A stretch of DNA of 64,000 nucleotides from the human T2T-CHM13v2.0 reference genome, Homo sapiens. The notes beneath the pieces are model-generated. The model saw nothing but the letters and a program-made list of their open reading frames with translations, had not been told where the DNA came from and did not search any database. A program made the translations under genes and the position numbers. Shown piece by piece: positions 1 through 18,465 of this stretch. Numbering within the stretch: the stretch's first letter is position 1; the number at the start of each line of letters is the position of its first letter. The DNA lies in assembly GCF_009914755.1 (NCBI RefSeq), contig NC_060947.1. One strand, given 5' to 3'.

Positions 1-3522
<3,522 letters not shown>

Positions 3523-4340
3523 AAGACAAACATTTCCAAGAACTTTCTTCTTTTGAGTGATACTTCTAAGTGCTACAAGCCACCCACCAGTCATTTCTGA
3601 ACTCGGCATACTGTTATCTGACTTCAGCAACTGGATGTCATGCTTTTCCCCTGATGGCACAAGTCCTGTTGTGCTTTTTTTGTTTTGGAGGGACGTCTGT
3701 GTTTTCTTTTGAGCATTTTATGCCTGATTAAATTCCATCTCAGTAACTGAAGAACTTCTTAAAAGGAGCATTTTTGGTAGAAAACCTGGGTGCTTAGCTT
3801 ATTGTTCACTACTAGTGTAAAATTTGGTGAATCCTTGAAACACATTTGTCTCACTTCTAAAATGTATGCCTTGAATGTCATCCTGTATATAAAAAACAAA
3901 ACAAAGACAAAAAATAAAATGTACGCCAGAAGTTCTGGGACAAACAAAAAAAAGTATTCTTCCAATTGGTATTTCTGAGCATAAAAGGAGGCACTGTTAA
4001 TACTTATGTCAGCACAACAGGCATAAATTCAGATTGTTTTGGACAAACTAGACATATGGTAATCCTCGGTATAATAGTCTCCAAATAGTGTGAAGCTACA
4101 AAAGTAAATTGTCAATCTATTCTGTTCTCAAAGAGAATTTAGCATAGTAGAGTGATAATACATGCACATAAATAAACAGAATACTATTAGAAAGTGATAA
4201 ATACCCCGAGAGAGGTGCAGATAACTGTATTGAATTTTCACGGTGAGAAGAGATTGTTTTCATCTTGAAAAATCAAGGAAAGCTTTGTAAAAGCAGCACT
4301 CAAGTAGTCCCTGGACACATAAAGATAATGATGAGTGTGA

Positions 4341-4787
<447 letters not shown>

Positions 4788-5549
4788 TAATAACTTTTTT
4801 GTTATTTCAAAGATAGATGATTTGTATATTTCTATCTACTAGAGTAGGTGGCAGGAGAATGACATTTCCTAACAATCAGTATATTACAACAGTTTTCAGA
4901 CAGATGGAAGTAAAGAGTTTTGAGGAAGAGACACCTTTTTCTATTTTGTGCCAAGAATCCATATGGGCTGGCAATGATCCTGAGTATGTGCAAAAGCATA
5001 AAAGAGAAAATTGTGGAGCATAAATAGAACAGAGAGAGTACATCAGTCTGAGTAAAGCACAGGTGCCTGAGAAAACACAGTGAATAAACAAACTGGGAAA
5101 GTAGATTCAAACCAGATTGTGGAAGTCCTTGAGTGTCAGCATAAAAAAGTCAGACTCTAGTCAGTAGTCACAGATCAAACCAGTTTTAAGGAGTTACTTT
5201 GAGGACAATGTATAAAGTAGTTTCAAAAAGCAAGGACTGGAAGTGAAGACACCTGTTAGAAGGCTATTGGCCTTCTAATGTAGGCAAACATTTCCCAGAG
5301 TGAACTCTGTAGAGCTAACTCTATTTCTTCTGGATTTCAATAACACCAGACAGCATGAGAGCAGAAGCACAGAAAGTTGCATGGTTTAATTCAGCCCTAC
5401 CATCTCTCCATAACTCTAACTCTTCTACATGTCTACCTGAGTGACCTGCCAATACTTCATATTCACATGCCCAAAATCAAACTCATCCTCTTCCTCCTCA
5501 AAACTATTGCCTCAAAAAAACCCTATTTCCTCTGTGAGCATAGACATAA

Positions 5550-5930
5550 AATAAGGTTGGCTTAAATAAGATAGAATCTCAAAAGTAAGCAGTCCAGAGC
5601 TAGTATGGCAGTACCATGAAATCTTCAGGGACCCAGATTCCTTCTCGGTGTGCACTCTGCCATTCCTAAGGTATGTGCCTTCATGGCGCAAGATGAATAT
5701 TGGTATTCCAGCCATTACATCCATATTCCTGACAGTGTACTGGAGAAAGAAGAAAGGAAATGTGTGATCTCTACCTTTTAAAGGAGATTCCTCGAAAAGT
5801 ATCACATAACGTGACCACTTTAATCTCATTAACCAGAACTTAGTCACATGAACACATGCAAAGAAAGCTGAGAAATTGTCTTTTAGCTGAGTGACAATTT
5901 GCTCAACTAAAATTCTTTTTGTTTTACTAA
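5550..5930. mobile_element. Old MaLR LTR fragment (MLT1-like) within L2 remnants
   Basis: aagcagtccagagctagtatggc...cagggacccag...gaacttagtcacatg resembles the recalled MLT1J/K consensus. Boundaries approximate. Confidence 0.5.
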
Positions 5931-7908
5931 AAAAAAAAAAAGAATGGATATTGGGTATTGGGAGGTAACTGGCAATGTCTGCCACAGATAGCAAAATCTT
6001 TAAGGCTGAGAGGGAGAGCAAGGCAAAGGAAGAGATGTCAAGGATGACAAGTTTTCTAGCCTGGGTGGCTGGGAGAAGAGTTTTTCTCTTATTTACAACT
6101 GTACTTAATCCTGATATACTCTGGAACAAATTAACTTATTTTAAAGAAGAGCTTTAAAATAGTTTCCCTACTTGGAGCAACACAGAAGACACTATACTAA
6201 TAAAGTCCCACTAGCAGGAGATTTAGTTACAGCTATGCGTATAAATTAGAACTAGAAAAGAGCCATTTGGAACCTTAGCTATTATAAACTGCATTAGCAG
6301 GAATCACAGTCTATATCACCAGACTTCCAAACAGATGTTATTATGCAATGACCCTGTTTTATTATGATTATGCCTTGAAATTATATTTCCAAGAAGTTCA
6401 AATGCACTACTGCTTCTTATAATTTTTAATCTAATATATATGATAGGCATATAAGCTACATAGGAGACAAGTAATTTAATACTCATTTTATGGTAGGGTC
6501 AGGAATAAATTAATGCTTATGGTCATAGGATTTCTCAGATAGCTTCAACTACCAAGTCTTCTTCTGGGCTCTCTAGCAAACAAGCTCGTTTCTCCCAAGC
6601 AGTTGGTGATCCTAACCTTTCCATCTGTTACCTCTCAAATGGGGCTTGAGTGTACACCATGAGCCAGGGACAGAACTGAGATTAGGCCTACATCCCTCAA
6701 CATATCCAGTCTAGATTACATGGGCCAATATGATTATTCAAAACAAAATTATTTCTCTTCCCAAACAGAAACTCCCCATTTACACAGACCAAGCACCCAA
6801 AAGTATATCTTAAAAATGGTGATGGACTGACTATTCAAGTCCCAGACCAAGAGGGATGACAACCATCTTGATAGGGACCTTTTCTACTCCATACTTGATC
6901 AGCAGATATGGGAAGAAAGGAGATTAGGGAGTAAGAAACAGACAGGGAGTAGCAAAAAAAAGGGGCTTATTTTTTGCTTTGCTTTGGATTTTTTTAAAAA
7001 TGTACTGACCTAAACAATATCTTAATGAGGCAGGTCAGTATTTACAGTCTTTCGAACCCCATTTAACCTTTCTGTGCCTCATCTGCTAAGCATCTTGGCC
7101 AAGATCACATACCAAATCAGTGACATAGTCATCATGAGGCCTCAAGCGCCTAGTTCCCAGTTTCATATTTTAAAGAAGCCAAGTGACAGAAGAAAGGGAA
7201 AAACTGGGTCAGAGAAACAAAGTTGGCCTGAAAAATCTGTGTTTCAAAATAAAGCCAATTACATAAAGGCATGACATTTCCCATCTAAACAGAAAAATTA
7301 GTCGAGGCCCCAACATCTTTCTTTTCCAGTTGATAGATACAGGCACTTTTCAATGGCAAGAAAGCAAAATGATGACTCTAGCATCATTGTCAATTATTTT
7401 ATCTAATGAAGCTCCATTGCTTGTAAAATTTGAGTAGAGTTATGGAAACAAACAAGCTGAGCAATTGGCTAAAACAACAGAGCTATAAAGATCCAACTAA
7501 GTAAAAAAGGTGTGTATGCTGAACAAAACATGCCTAACACCAAAGACAGGGTTTAAAAATATTAGTTGGTAGAATCTGTGCTTTAGATTCCTGATCATCT
7601 AAATTCTTTGTCACCGTTTTCTTCTCTTGTCTCCTTCAGGAATATTTTTAGATTCCTAAATTTGTACTCCAGCTTTGATAGCTGCCTCTAATCCTATCAA
7701 TCATGGTGCCTCCTTTATAATTATTTTTTTAACCTTGGCTTTCTGGCCCAGATATCAATTCTGCTGGCTCCTTTGACTTTTGTCTCCGCTTGCTCACTCT
7801 CTCTCTCTCCCCCTCACTGACAAACACACACACACACACACCAAGGAAGGGGAAACTCAGGCAGGTTTCCAGTGCTTTGCACCTGCGGAATGTGAAAGAG
7901 GCCCAATT

Positions 7909-8214
<306 letters not shown>

Positions 8215-9740
8215 GAAAAAGGCCCAATTTTTCTTACTCCTGGGACTAAAGCACTGTGAGGAAACATTGCAGTGATGGAACCAAGCAGCTTTACTCTAGG
8301 CAAAACTGATGACAACCAAGCAAAGTTGCTAGTACAACTATGAACGTGCCCACTTACCTGTGCTTCTCTCTAAACATACACACCAATGCCCCCCATCCAA
8401 ATTCTATTTTTTTTCTTTTTTTTAAACTGTCCCTTCCTCTGGAGACCCACCCAAAATCTAGAAGATGACAGCAAACTTCCCAGTTTTCTTCTACAAGTAT
8501 AGCCATTCACAGACACCAGAACTCACAACTGGCCTTGGTTGGGGGAGAGGGGAGAACTGAGCAGATGAATATACCCAGGTCCTCCCTAACCGAAGTGATT
8601 CCTCTACATCAACCACCAACCAGAGAACCCCTCTGGAGTACTATGCAGCATTCTTGGCTGTTATATGTCATGAATATAACATTATTGCATGCCAGAATAT
8701 GGAGAATGCAGGAATGCTACTGATAAACCCATAACCCTGCAATGTCACCTGTTGATAATTTCCCAGTACTGCAGGAAAAGGGAGGGGCCTACCTCTGACC
8801 CACCAAGACTCTGCCTGCCACTCCACAGTCCAGACCCAGCCCAACAACCCCAGACCAGAAACTTGAGTGCTGGCCTCCAACCCGCAATTCAGGGGCTATG
8901 GACCAGAAGCAGAGTCCACCTCAAGCACACCACGGAACTTGTCAGGACTTTCACCCAGGCAACTCTGGGAATGCTTAGCCTTGCTCTACCTGAGGGGGTA
9001 GATTCCTTTCTTTCTAAGCAATTGTTCAAGATTACCTAGTGCCACTGTTCTCATTGTTCTCCAATCAATCATTTATGCTTGCTCTCATCACCTAGAATCT
9101 GGACTCTTGGCTCCATAACCCAATTTCAATACCCATATGTGTCCCCTCCTTCAGTTTTGGTGACACTTTGGGTTCCCCTCGAAGATCAGAGGTTTGGATC
9201 TCACCCAGATTTCAGCTGTGCTTATTTTGTTTGTTCTTCCAAAATTGAAGTCCAGTTACTTTATTTTGATTATGTGAGTACTCTATCCTCCGTGAAAAAA
9301 TTTAAAAAATACAGAGCACCCAATACAGAATGGAATAAAGATGAAAAAATTATCCATGATTCCACCATCCTGATGATGCTTTCTTCTGCCTCAGCTAAGA
9401 ATTTCCTAATAAGACCTTGAGTAACTCCACCCATTCATGTTGTGCCACCTCTTGCAATTAGATTTGGCTCAGTAGGCACAGAATGAGAGGATCCAGAACT
9501 TTGGTCCTGAAAAAGGTGAGAATATTTGGAATTCTCCCTCTCATTGTGTGCTGGCCACAAGGTGTATAAGTGGGTCCATCATCCCCATCACCATTTAAGT
9601 CCCATAGCCATGTAGATACCTGGAACAGACATTGGGGAAATGTAAGTAAATAACTTCAGGCATCTGACCTGGACCTCCCCAATCCTCCACACAGAACAAG
9701 CACACTCAGACATCAATTTGAGACCCTTAAGAAATTTTGG

Positions 9741-10052
9741 GGCTGGGCATGGTGGCTCACACTTGTAATCCCAGCACTTTGGAATGCTGAGGTGTGAAGA
9801 TCATTTGAGTCCAGGAGTTTGAAGTCAACTTGGGCAACATAACAAGATCCCATCTCTACAAAAAATACAAAATTTAGCAGGGTGTAGTGGCACCCCTGTA
9901 GTCCCAGCTACTCAGGAGGCTGAGGTGGGAGGATAACTTGAGCCCAGGAGTTCAAGGCTGCAGTGAGCTGTGATCGCACCACTGCACTCCAGCCTGGGCA
10001 GCAGAGAGAGACCCTGTTTCAAAAAGAGAGAGAGAGAAAGAGAGAGAGAGAG
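9741..10052 (+). mobile_element. AluJ with (AG)n-converted tail
   Basis: Dimeric Alu with J-type diagnostics; tail is aaaaagagagagag... Confidence 0.9.
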
Positions 10053-10083
10053 AAAAGTTTGGGGAAATTGAGATGTGTCTGCT

Positions 10084-10086
<3 letters not shown>

Positions 10087-10125
<39 letters not shown>

Positions 10126-10128
10126 TGT
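10087..10128. repeat. (TG)n microsatellite
   Basis: Directly visible. Confidence 0.97.
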
Positions 10129-10701
10129 CTGTATACATACATTCAAACATATTAGATATTCATATGTAATATGGTTTATTACTCAACTCATTTTAGCTTG
10201 TGTGATTTTTTTAAAAGAATTTCTCATAATTTTTGTTTGAATCAAATCTTCAAATAAATGTTTTGATTTTTCTAGAGGCAATTATTTCTCTATTACAAGA
10301 TATTTAAAGTTTAAACTTTTACAGTTTCATTCTTTTTTTTTTTAAAAAAAAAGGACGATTTTTGTGTACCAAGACAGCCATCAATTTTAAACTGCTTTCA
10401 TTACTCTCCCTCCACCTGCACATCTTAAAAAGTTGAAACTGCTTGTGATTCTAGAGTAAGGAATGAGCTCCACCCGGTGGTGAGATTTTGAAGTGCACCA
10501 AAGAAAATACCACTAAGTACACTCTCTGAACCCAATTTTCTGTCTTCCCTTTTTGTCTCTCACTCCACCCACAAGATTTTTAGAATCATCATCCTAGAAA
10601 CTCATAGAGAAGAGGGGTTAAAAATGTAGATCACATCCTTCAACAAACTGTAAATCCTCTTCCACAATATGCTTAAAATGCCAAAATGGACAAAACTAAG
10701 A

Positions 10702-10827
10702 ATTTATGCAGGAGGTTGCAAAATTTTTGTGTGCAAAATCAGACCTTGGCAATGACCTTGAGCAGTAGGATATATATAACTACCACAAGCTTGGTGTTCC
10801 CATAATGAAACACTAGGCATAAATGGG
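10702..10827 (-). mobile_element. MER85 (piggyBac-family MITE)
   Basis: atttatgc-ggaggttgcaaaa...tcagaccttggcaatgaccttgagcagtaggatat...cactaggcataaatggg followed by TTAA (10828-10831) matches the recalled MER85 consensus. Confidence 0.88.
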
Positions 10828-10929
10828 TTAAGCAAAACCTTTCATTTGGTTCCTACACTCGATATTGGATAAGAAGCTACATTTAATCCAGTAAAACAAC
10901 TGGAGCCTTTTTAACTTGATACAAAACAT

Positions 10930-11155
10930 AATAATAGCTAACAATAACTGAGTACTTATGTAACAGGCTGCTCTATGTGATGTGATGTGTGTATAAATTT
11001 AATACACAACCCTATAGGTTAGGTAATATTATCAGAACCAGTTTGCAGATGAAAAAACTGGGGCCTAGAGAAAATAAATTGCTCGAGGCCACAAAGTGGT
11101 AGAGCCAGACTTGAAGTCAGCTAGCCCAGGCTCTAAACCACCATGCCATACTGCT
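10930..11155 (-). mobile_element. MIR SINE
   Basis: Core-like tttgcagatgaaaaaactggggcctagag...ctctaaccaccatgcc. Confidence 0.7.
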
Positions 11156-11565
11156 TCTCTGTAACTCAAATTGGACATAATCTCTCTCAGAATAAACAAC
11201 TTGAGGCTAGGATCTTGTCCACATTCTTTCTCAAAAATAGCCAAAGGCAAGACAAGACCCCTGGTTCTATTTTTATTCATCTTATGGTCATCACAGATTT
11301 GTAACTCTAGCTTACCGCCCTTGTTCTTTCCCTACTGTGACAATGATTCTGTTTGGGAGTTTCAGTAAAAAGTCTTGTAGCTGAGAGCCTGGGTTTTATG
11401 TCTCTTCACCATTTATCTTGTGCCTTCTCCCCCAACTCCCACCCTATCTCAGCCCCAGCCTCCTCAAACATCATTCATTTAAAACCATGTTGAAAATGAC
11501 ACATTCTTTAAAATCCACCAATATTAATACAATCAAAATCAGAATTTTTCCTAAAACATTTGTGT

Positions 11566-11567
<2 letters not shown>

Positions 11568-11608
<41 letters not shown>
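11568..11608. repeat. (CA)n microsatellite
   Basis: Directly visible. Confidence 0.97.
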
Positions 11609-11610
<2 letters not shown>

Positions 11611-11707
11611 CAAGCACTAATTCTCATAGAAAACCTTAAATAGTATTTTACAGTACTTTCAACATTGCTACCAAAGCCATATTCCATTAAGGCACAAAAG
11701 CCTTTTC

Positions 11708-11820
11708 TCATTCATTCATCCAACAAAAATTTATTGAGCTTTTACTTCTCCTAAGCTGTGGAGATACAACAATGAAGAAGCCAAATATGGTCCCTGCCCT
11801 GATGGAACTTATAGTTCTGA
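11708..11820 (-). mobile_element. L2 3'-end fragment
   Basis: ttcattcattc...atttattgagc...ggtccctgccct, the typical reverse complement of an L2 terminus. Confidence 0.7.
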
Positions 11821-12632
11821 ATATTATTCAATATACATAAGAAAGAAGGAGATGACTCTGACCTAAAGATGCCTTCTAGATTTTTTTTAATGCACTACCT
11901 TCAAATTAGAGCTACCAATATGCATACCCTCCAGCTAGGTGACAAAAAAAGGAAATTTACAATCTTTGTAACTCCACTGGCAGAAAATAAAACCCATGAA
12001 TATTCCAATAGGAGGAAAACAGGATTGTATTCTATATTCAAAAATTACCAGGTGACAATTTTCTCAGACTGCCAAAAATGGAAATTAGAGAGGCATAGGG
12101 CTGCCCTGGAAGCCACCTTGCCATGGCATCTTGCCTTTTGAATTTGGAATTCCTTGCTAAACTAGAGGCAATCTGGAAGTAGCTCAGCATGATCCAAATG
12201 AGAACCTTGGGTAAATTCCTCCTTGTCTTTTTGTGCCTGTGATCCTTGGGCACCACCCAGATTGCAAACTCTGGCTGACATCAACCATCCAACAATTTTT
12301 CTTGATGCCACTCCTCTTTACTGCCCTTCTCTACCCAATTTCGTGCTGCTCCTCTCTCTCCCAACATTTCCACTACACCATCTGAATCTTGTTCCATTGT
12401 AAACAAAGTCCACTTCTAAGTCTTCTACTTCTTCCCTCCATCTCATCCCATCTCACTCCATGCTCATTCCATCTCCTGTTGCTAACTGAAAGCTGGCTCT
12501 CTACCCTGCAACCCCATGTCCCACACAGCCATATCAAGGTTGGTCTTTCTTGCACAATGTGCATAGTGGGCAAGGATGAGGGTTAGGGAGAGTTGTGTTA
12601 CCATTCTCCTTAGTCCCCCATTGCATTTTCTA

Positions 12633-12688
12633 AACAATGAAGAAGCCAAATATGTTTGCCAGGGAACATATTTGGCTTCTTCATTGTT
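12633..12688. repeat. Perfect 24-bp inverted repeat with an 8-nt loop
   Basis: aacaatgaagaagccaaatatgtt (12633-12656) + tgccaggg + aacatatttggcttcttcattgtt (12665-12688). Confidence 0.97.
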
Positions 12689-12746
12689 GTGTCTCCAGAG
12701 GTTAGGAGTAGTAAAAGCTCAATAAATTTTTATTGGATGAATGAAG

Positions 12747-13250
<504 letters not shown>

Positions 13251-13531
13251 TGTTTATATTTTTATTTTCAATTTTGTGGGTACATAGTAGGTGTATATAT
13301 TTATGGGGTAGATGACATGTTTTGATCCAGGCATGCAATACATAATAATCCCAGCATGGAGAATGGGGTATCTATCCCCTCAAGCATTTATCCTTTGTGT
13401 TACTAACAATCCAATTACACTCTTTTTGTTATTTTTAAATGTCAATTAAGTTATTGACTATAGTCACCCTATTGTGCTATCAAACAGCAGGTCTTAGTCA
13501 TTCTTTCTATTTTTTGTACCCACTAACCACC
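13251..13531 (-). mobile_element. L1MA-type 3' UTR end
   Basis: gtgggtacatagtaggtgtatatatttatgggg...catttatcctttgtgtt; homologous to the reverse complement of 23130-23700. Confidence 0.8.
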
Positions 13532-13532
13532 T

Positions 13533-13710
13533 GTATTAGTCCGTTTTCATCCTGCTAATAAAGACATACCCAAGACTGGGCAATTTACAAAACAAAGAGG
13601 TTTAATGGACTCACAATTCCATGTGGCTGAGGAGGCCTCACAATCATAGTGGAACATGAAAGGCACATCTCACAAGGCAGCAGACAAGAAAAGAGAGCTT
13701 GTGCAGGGAA
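13533..13710 (-). mobile_element. THE1 LTR fragment
   Basis: tgtattagtccgttttcat...gagcttgtgcagggaa, homologous to the LTR at 59719; truncated. Confidence 0.85.
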
Positions 13711-13904
13711 TAATATCGAGTTATATGTTAAATGAGATAACGTATGTAAAACAATTAACACAGTACCTGACACCCAGCGGGTGCTCAATAAATGACAGCT
13801 AGGAATAAGAGCTCAGATTAGCTGGTGACTATATTTCCTCCTTCACTAAGACCTTTAAGTGTTTCTTAGCCTGGATTCCCCAGAAAGCAGAGCAATGGCT
13901 ATGT

Positions 13905-13985
13905 GTTACTGTTTGGATGAACCATAAAAAATGCTGAAGTTCAACCATTTTGAATAGGGAAACCATATAGTTCAGCTTAATACGT
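13905..13985. mobile_element. Degenerate MADE2-like mariner MITE
   Basis: Imperfect terminal inverted repeats ggatgaaccata...catatagttcagcttaata, about 80 bp. Confidence 0.4.
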
Positions 13986-14181
13986 TATTAGAGAGTGCAA
14001 TCCCAGGGAAGCAGAAGGGAGGAAAAAGGGAAAGATGAAGGAATGAGAGTCAATATAAAGGTACGTTGGTAATCAAGCTTAAGCCCCTGGGACCATTTTC
14101 AGACAGATAGTATAAACATGACTTGAATCTCAGATCAGTGGACAAGCAAGATGGAAAGAGAACTAAATGTCCAGTTCCAAT

Positions 14182-14477
14182 CTTTTTTTTTTTTTTTCAG
14201 ACAGTCTCACTGTCATTTACCCAGGCTGGAGTGCAGTGGTGTGATCAGGGCTCACTACAACCTTGAACTCTTGGGGATCAAGCAATCCTCATGCCTCAGC
14301 CTCCCAAGTAGGTGAGACTACAGGCATGTACACCATGCCCAACTTTTACTTTTATTTCATTTTGTTAGTAGAGATGAGGGTCTTACATTTTTACCCAGGC
14401 TGGTCATGAACCTCTGGCTTCAAGGGATCCTCTCACCTCTGTGTTGGGATTACAGGCATGAGCCACCACACCTGGCC
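14182..14477 (-). mobile_element. AluJ
   Basis: Diverged reverse dimeric Alu with a T-tract. Confidence 0.88.
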
Positions 14478-14899
14478 CCCATCTTTTATGAATCAAAGGT
14501 TTGCGCTAAAGGGAGGCAGTGTTAATTCCCCTGCATCTCTAGGCTGCACTCTGCAACAGCACCCCAGCCAAAGGCAGAGTGGGCATGCAATGCAGAGCTG
14601 ACTGTGAACCCCCACATAAGTCAGTCAGAGCCCACTCAAAAGCAGAGGCTGAGACTGAAGCAATAGCCAAGGGCCCCTGAGACGATAATGCCACGAGGAT
14701 CCTGAACTGGTGTGTAAGAAATGGTTGATACACAGAGTGAAAGTCCTTGACTTCCTTTTCACTCCTCAAACTGTCCTGTAACTGTAATCCACTCTTTCTT
14801 TCCATAGGAGGAAGGGACACCTCTCCTCCTGTTTAGGGCTAATGTCTACCCCTCTACCCACTCCCTACTTTTCCCACTCACGTCTGTACTCTCAATTTC

Positions 14900-15899
<1,000 letters not shown>

Positions 15900-17595
15900 T
15901 ACCAATCTTGCCTTAAACCCTATCTGCAGATAATGTCTGTTTTCATCATTACACTTTACATTTTATTCAACAATTAATAGTTAAGCACCTACTCCATACC
16001 ATACAGTGTTCTAGATGCTTGCTCTGGTCTCTCTGGTTTTTTGTTGGGTGTTTTGTTTGGCCACACCTCATCTGGAGCTCTGGTTTCTCTGACTTGCCAT
16101 ATCCCGGCACTTGATATTTGGTTCTGGTCCTTTCCATTTTGTCTACACTTTAAACTCCTCCATCAGGGAAGGATTTGGACCCCGGGAACTGGAACTGCTC
16201 ATACAAAAAATCTTGGACTCCTCCTGGCACCACCAAGGTCAGCTGAAGTGTCTGCGCCAGAGTAGGACTACAGTCCAAAAGAGCACACCCTTCACAGTGC
16301 CCAGCACAGGGCACAGGGGGACGTGTAGTGGGGGATGGAAATGAGGATGAGAAGGAATAGTGATCTGCTCACACTGTAGCTCTAAGAAGCTAGACCTATG
16401 CCCACCAACAGGTACTAGGCACTATGTAAAGTGCATAGCCAATAACCATTAGCATACTTAGTTCAAAGACTAAGTCCTGAACTTCCAGCCTGACACACAC
16501 CTTCTATCCCATTCTATCTCTTTAGTCTTCCATACACAGACTTCAAATAGTCTTTCTCCACATTATGTCCTGGAACTGGATACAGATTGAATCCCAGGTT
16601 GAATTTCAGGTAATGGCTTTGGCTCTTTCCATTTAAAATTCTGTTACTGGTACCAGCAATGTTCTGACTACCTGCACTGGCCCAGTGTTGAGACTTAAGA
16701 ACAAGTGAGGGAAATGATTGGTTAGGCAAGATTACAAAGTGCCTTGAATATCAGATTGAGAACCAAGGATTTAAACTTGTAAGAGGTACAGAGTCTATGA
16801 GGTTTCTAGGCAGGAAACCAAGATGATAAAAACAAAAGCCATGTTTTAGAACCTGGTAGAGTAGTAGGACTAGTTGTAATGAAGATTGAAAAGAAAGACT
16901 GGAAGCAAGGAACGCTATTAGAGACCTATTTCAGCAATCCAGCCTAGCCCAGTCAACTACACTTGCCTGATCTCTTCAGGCTTAATCCCTCGTCAAACAG
17001 ACCATGAAATCTAAATGGGGAACCTTCAGCCGGCATTGGAGGACAGATGGCCATATTTGGAACAAGTTCAGAACATTACATGACCAGTAAATGAAATTGA
17101 TATCACTGCAGATCACTCGTTGGATGGCTTCAGTTTTTAAATAGGGGTTCTTTTCCACTGTAACATAAATATCTGAAGTGTCTCCTTTACTTTGAGCACT
17201 AACATTTGGGGCTATTTACTAGGGCACCACCAAGAATAGAGGATGACTCTCTCCTAGATTGTCCAAGCCTTATTTTGCAAATTGCCCTTCGTTAGGCTTT
17301 CATTTTAGAATTGTATTACAGGGTCTAAAAAATAAACTCTCTGATTACTCACACAGCTTTTGCAGGGGTAGCCCTTGAAAGGGAATATTAATTAGTTATA
17401 CCTCCAGAGCTGAAAAACAACTAATGTTACAATATTTATAATGATTTTTGGCCAATCGACTCCAGTTTTATTTACTCATTTAAGGAAATAAATTTTACTT
17501 ATTTGTTCCTATATATAACTGACTTCTCATTTGAATGTTACCATCAATGGTCCGTGGCTACTGTAATCAAGATCTAGAATGAAGGGGTGATGCTA

Positions 17596-17775
<180 letters not shown>

Positions 17776-18158
17776 TTATAAGCTTTTATTTGAATAGTAA
17801 TTAGGAAGCCAATTTGATAAACTAATAAAACAAAGAAGATAATTAGAATTAGGAATATTATCCATAATTTCCTAAAATCAAATGTCTTATGAGACAAACT
17901 TTAATAAAGTTATTGGAACATATTTTTACCTCAGCTGTAATGTGTATAATGTACATGATATCTAAAAGGCTCAGAGATATATTACATAATCTACAATAAA
18001 TTAGTATGACATACAGTTTAATAACATCATCTAGATATAGTTAGAAATAAGTTCAAGCAAAAGACACATCCGATAAAGAAATATTATTCAAAATATACAA
18101 AGAACTCTTAAAAGTGAACAATAAGAAAACAAACAACTCAGCTAAAAAATAGGCAAAA

Positions 18159-18465
18159 GGGTTGGGAGCGGTGGTTCACACCTGTAATCTCACCACTTTG
18201 GGAGACTGAGGCAGGAGAATCGCTTGAGCCCAGCAGTTTGAGACCAGCCTGGCAAACAAAGTGAGACCCTGTCTCTTTAAAAAGTAAAATAACATAATTA
18301 GCTAGATGCAGTGGTGCACTCTTGTGATCCCAACTACTCAGAAGGCTGAGGCAGGAGGATTGCTTGAGCCTAGGAGGTCAAGGCTGCAGAGAGCCATGTT
18401 TGTGCCACTGCACTCCACGCTGGGTTACAGAGGGAGACCCTGTTTTAGAAATAAAATTAAAAATT
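18159..18465 (+). mobile_element. AluJ
   Basis: Dimeric Alu with TSD aaaaaataggcaaaa on both sides. Confidence 0.9.

Noticed and set aside
5512-6129. 205-aa minus-strand ORF
   Set aside because: Lies across MLT1/L2 remnants, has no recognisable domain and starts at a non-ATG codon.
17040-17060. Minus-strand KYGHLS hexapeptide resembling the SCMH1 N-terminus
   Set aside because: Flanking residues do not match and stop codons bracket it; treated as coincidence.
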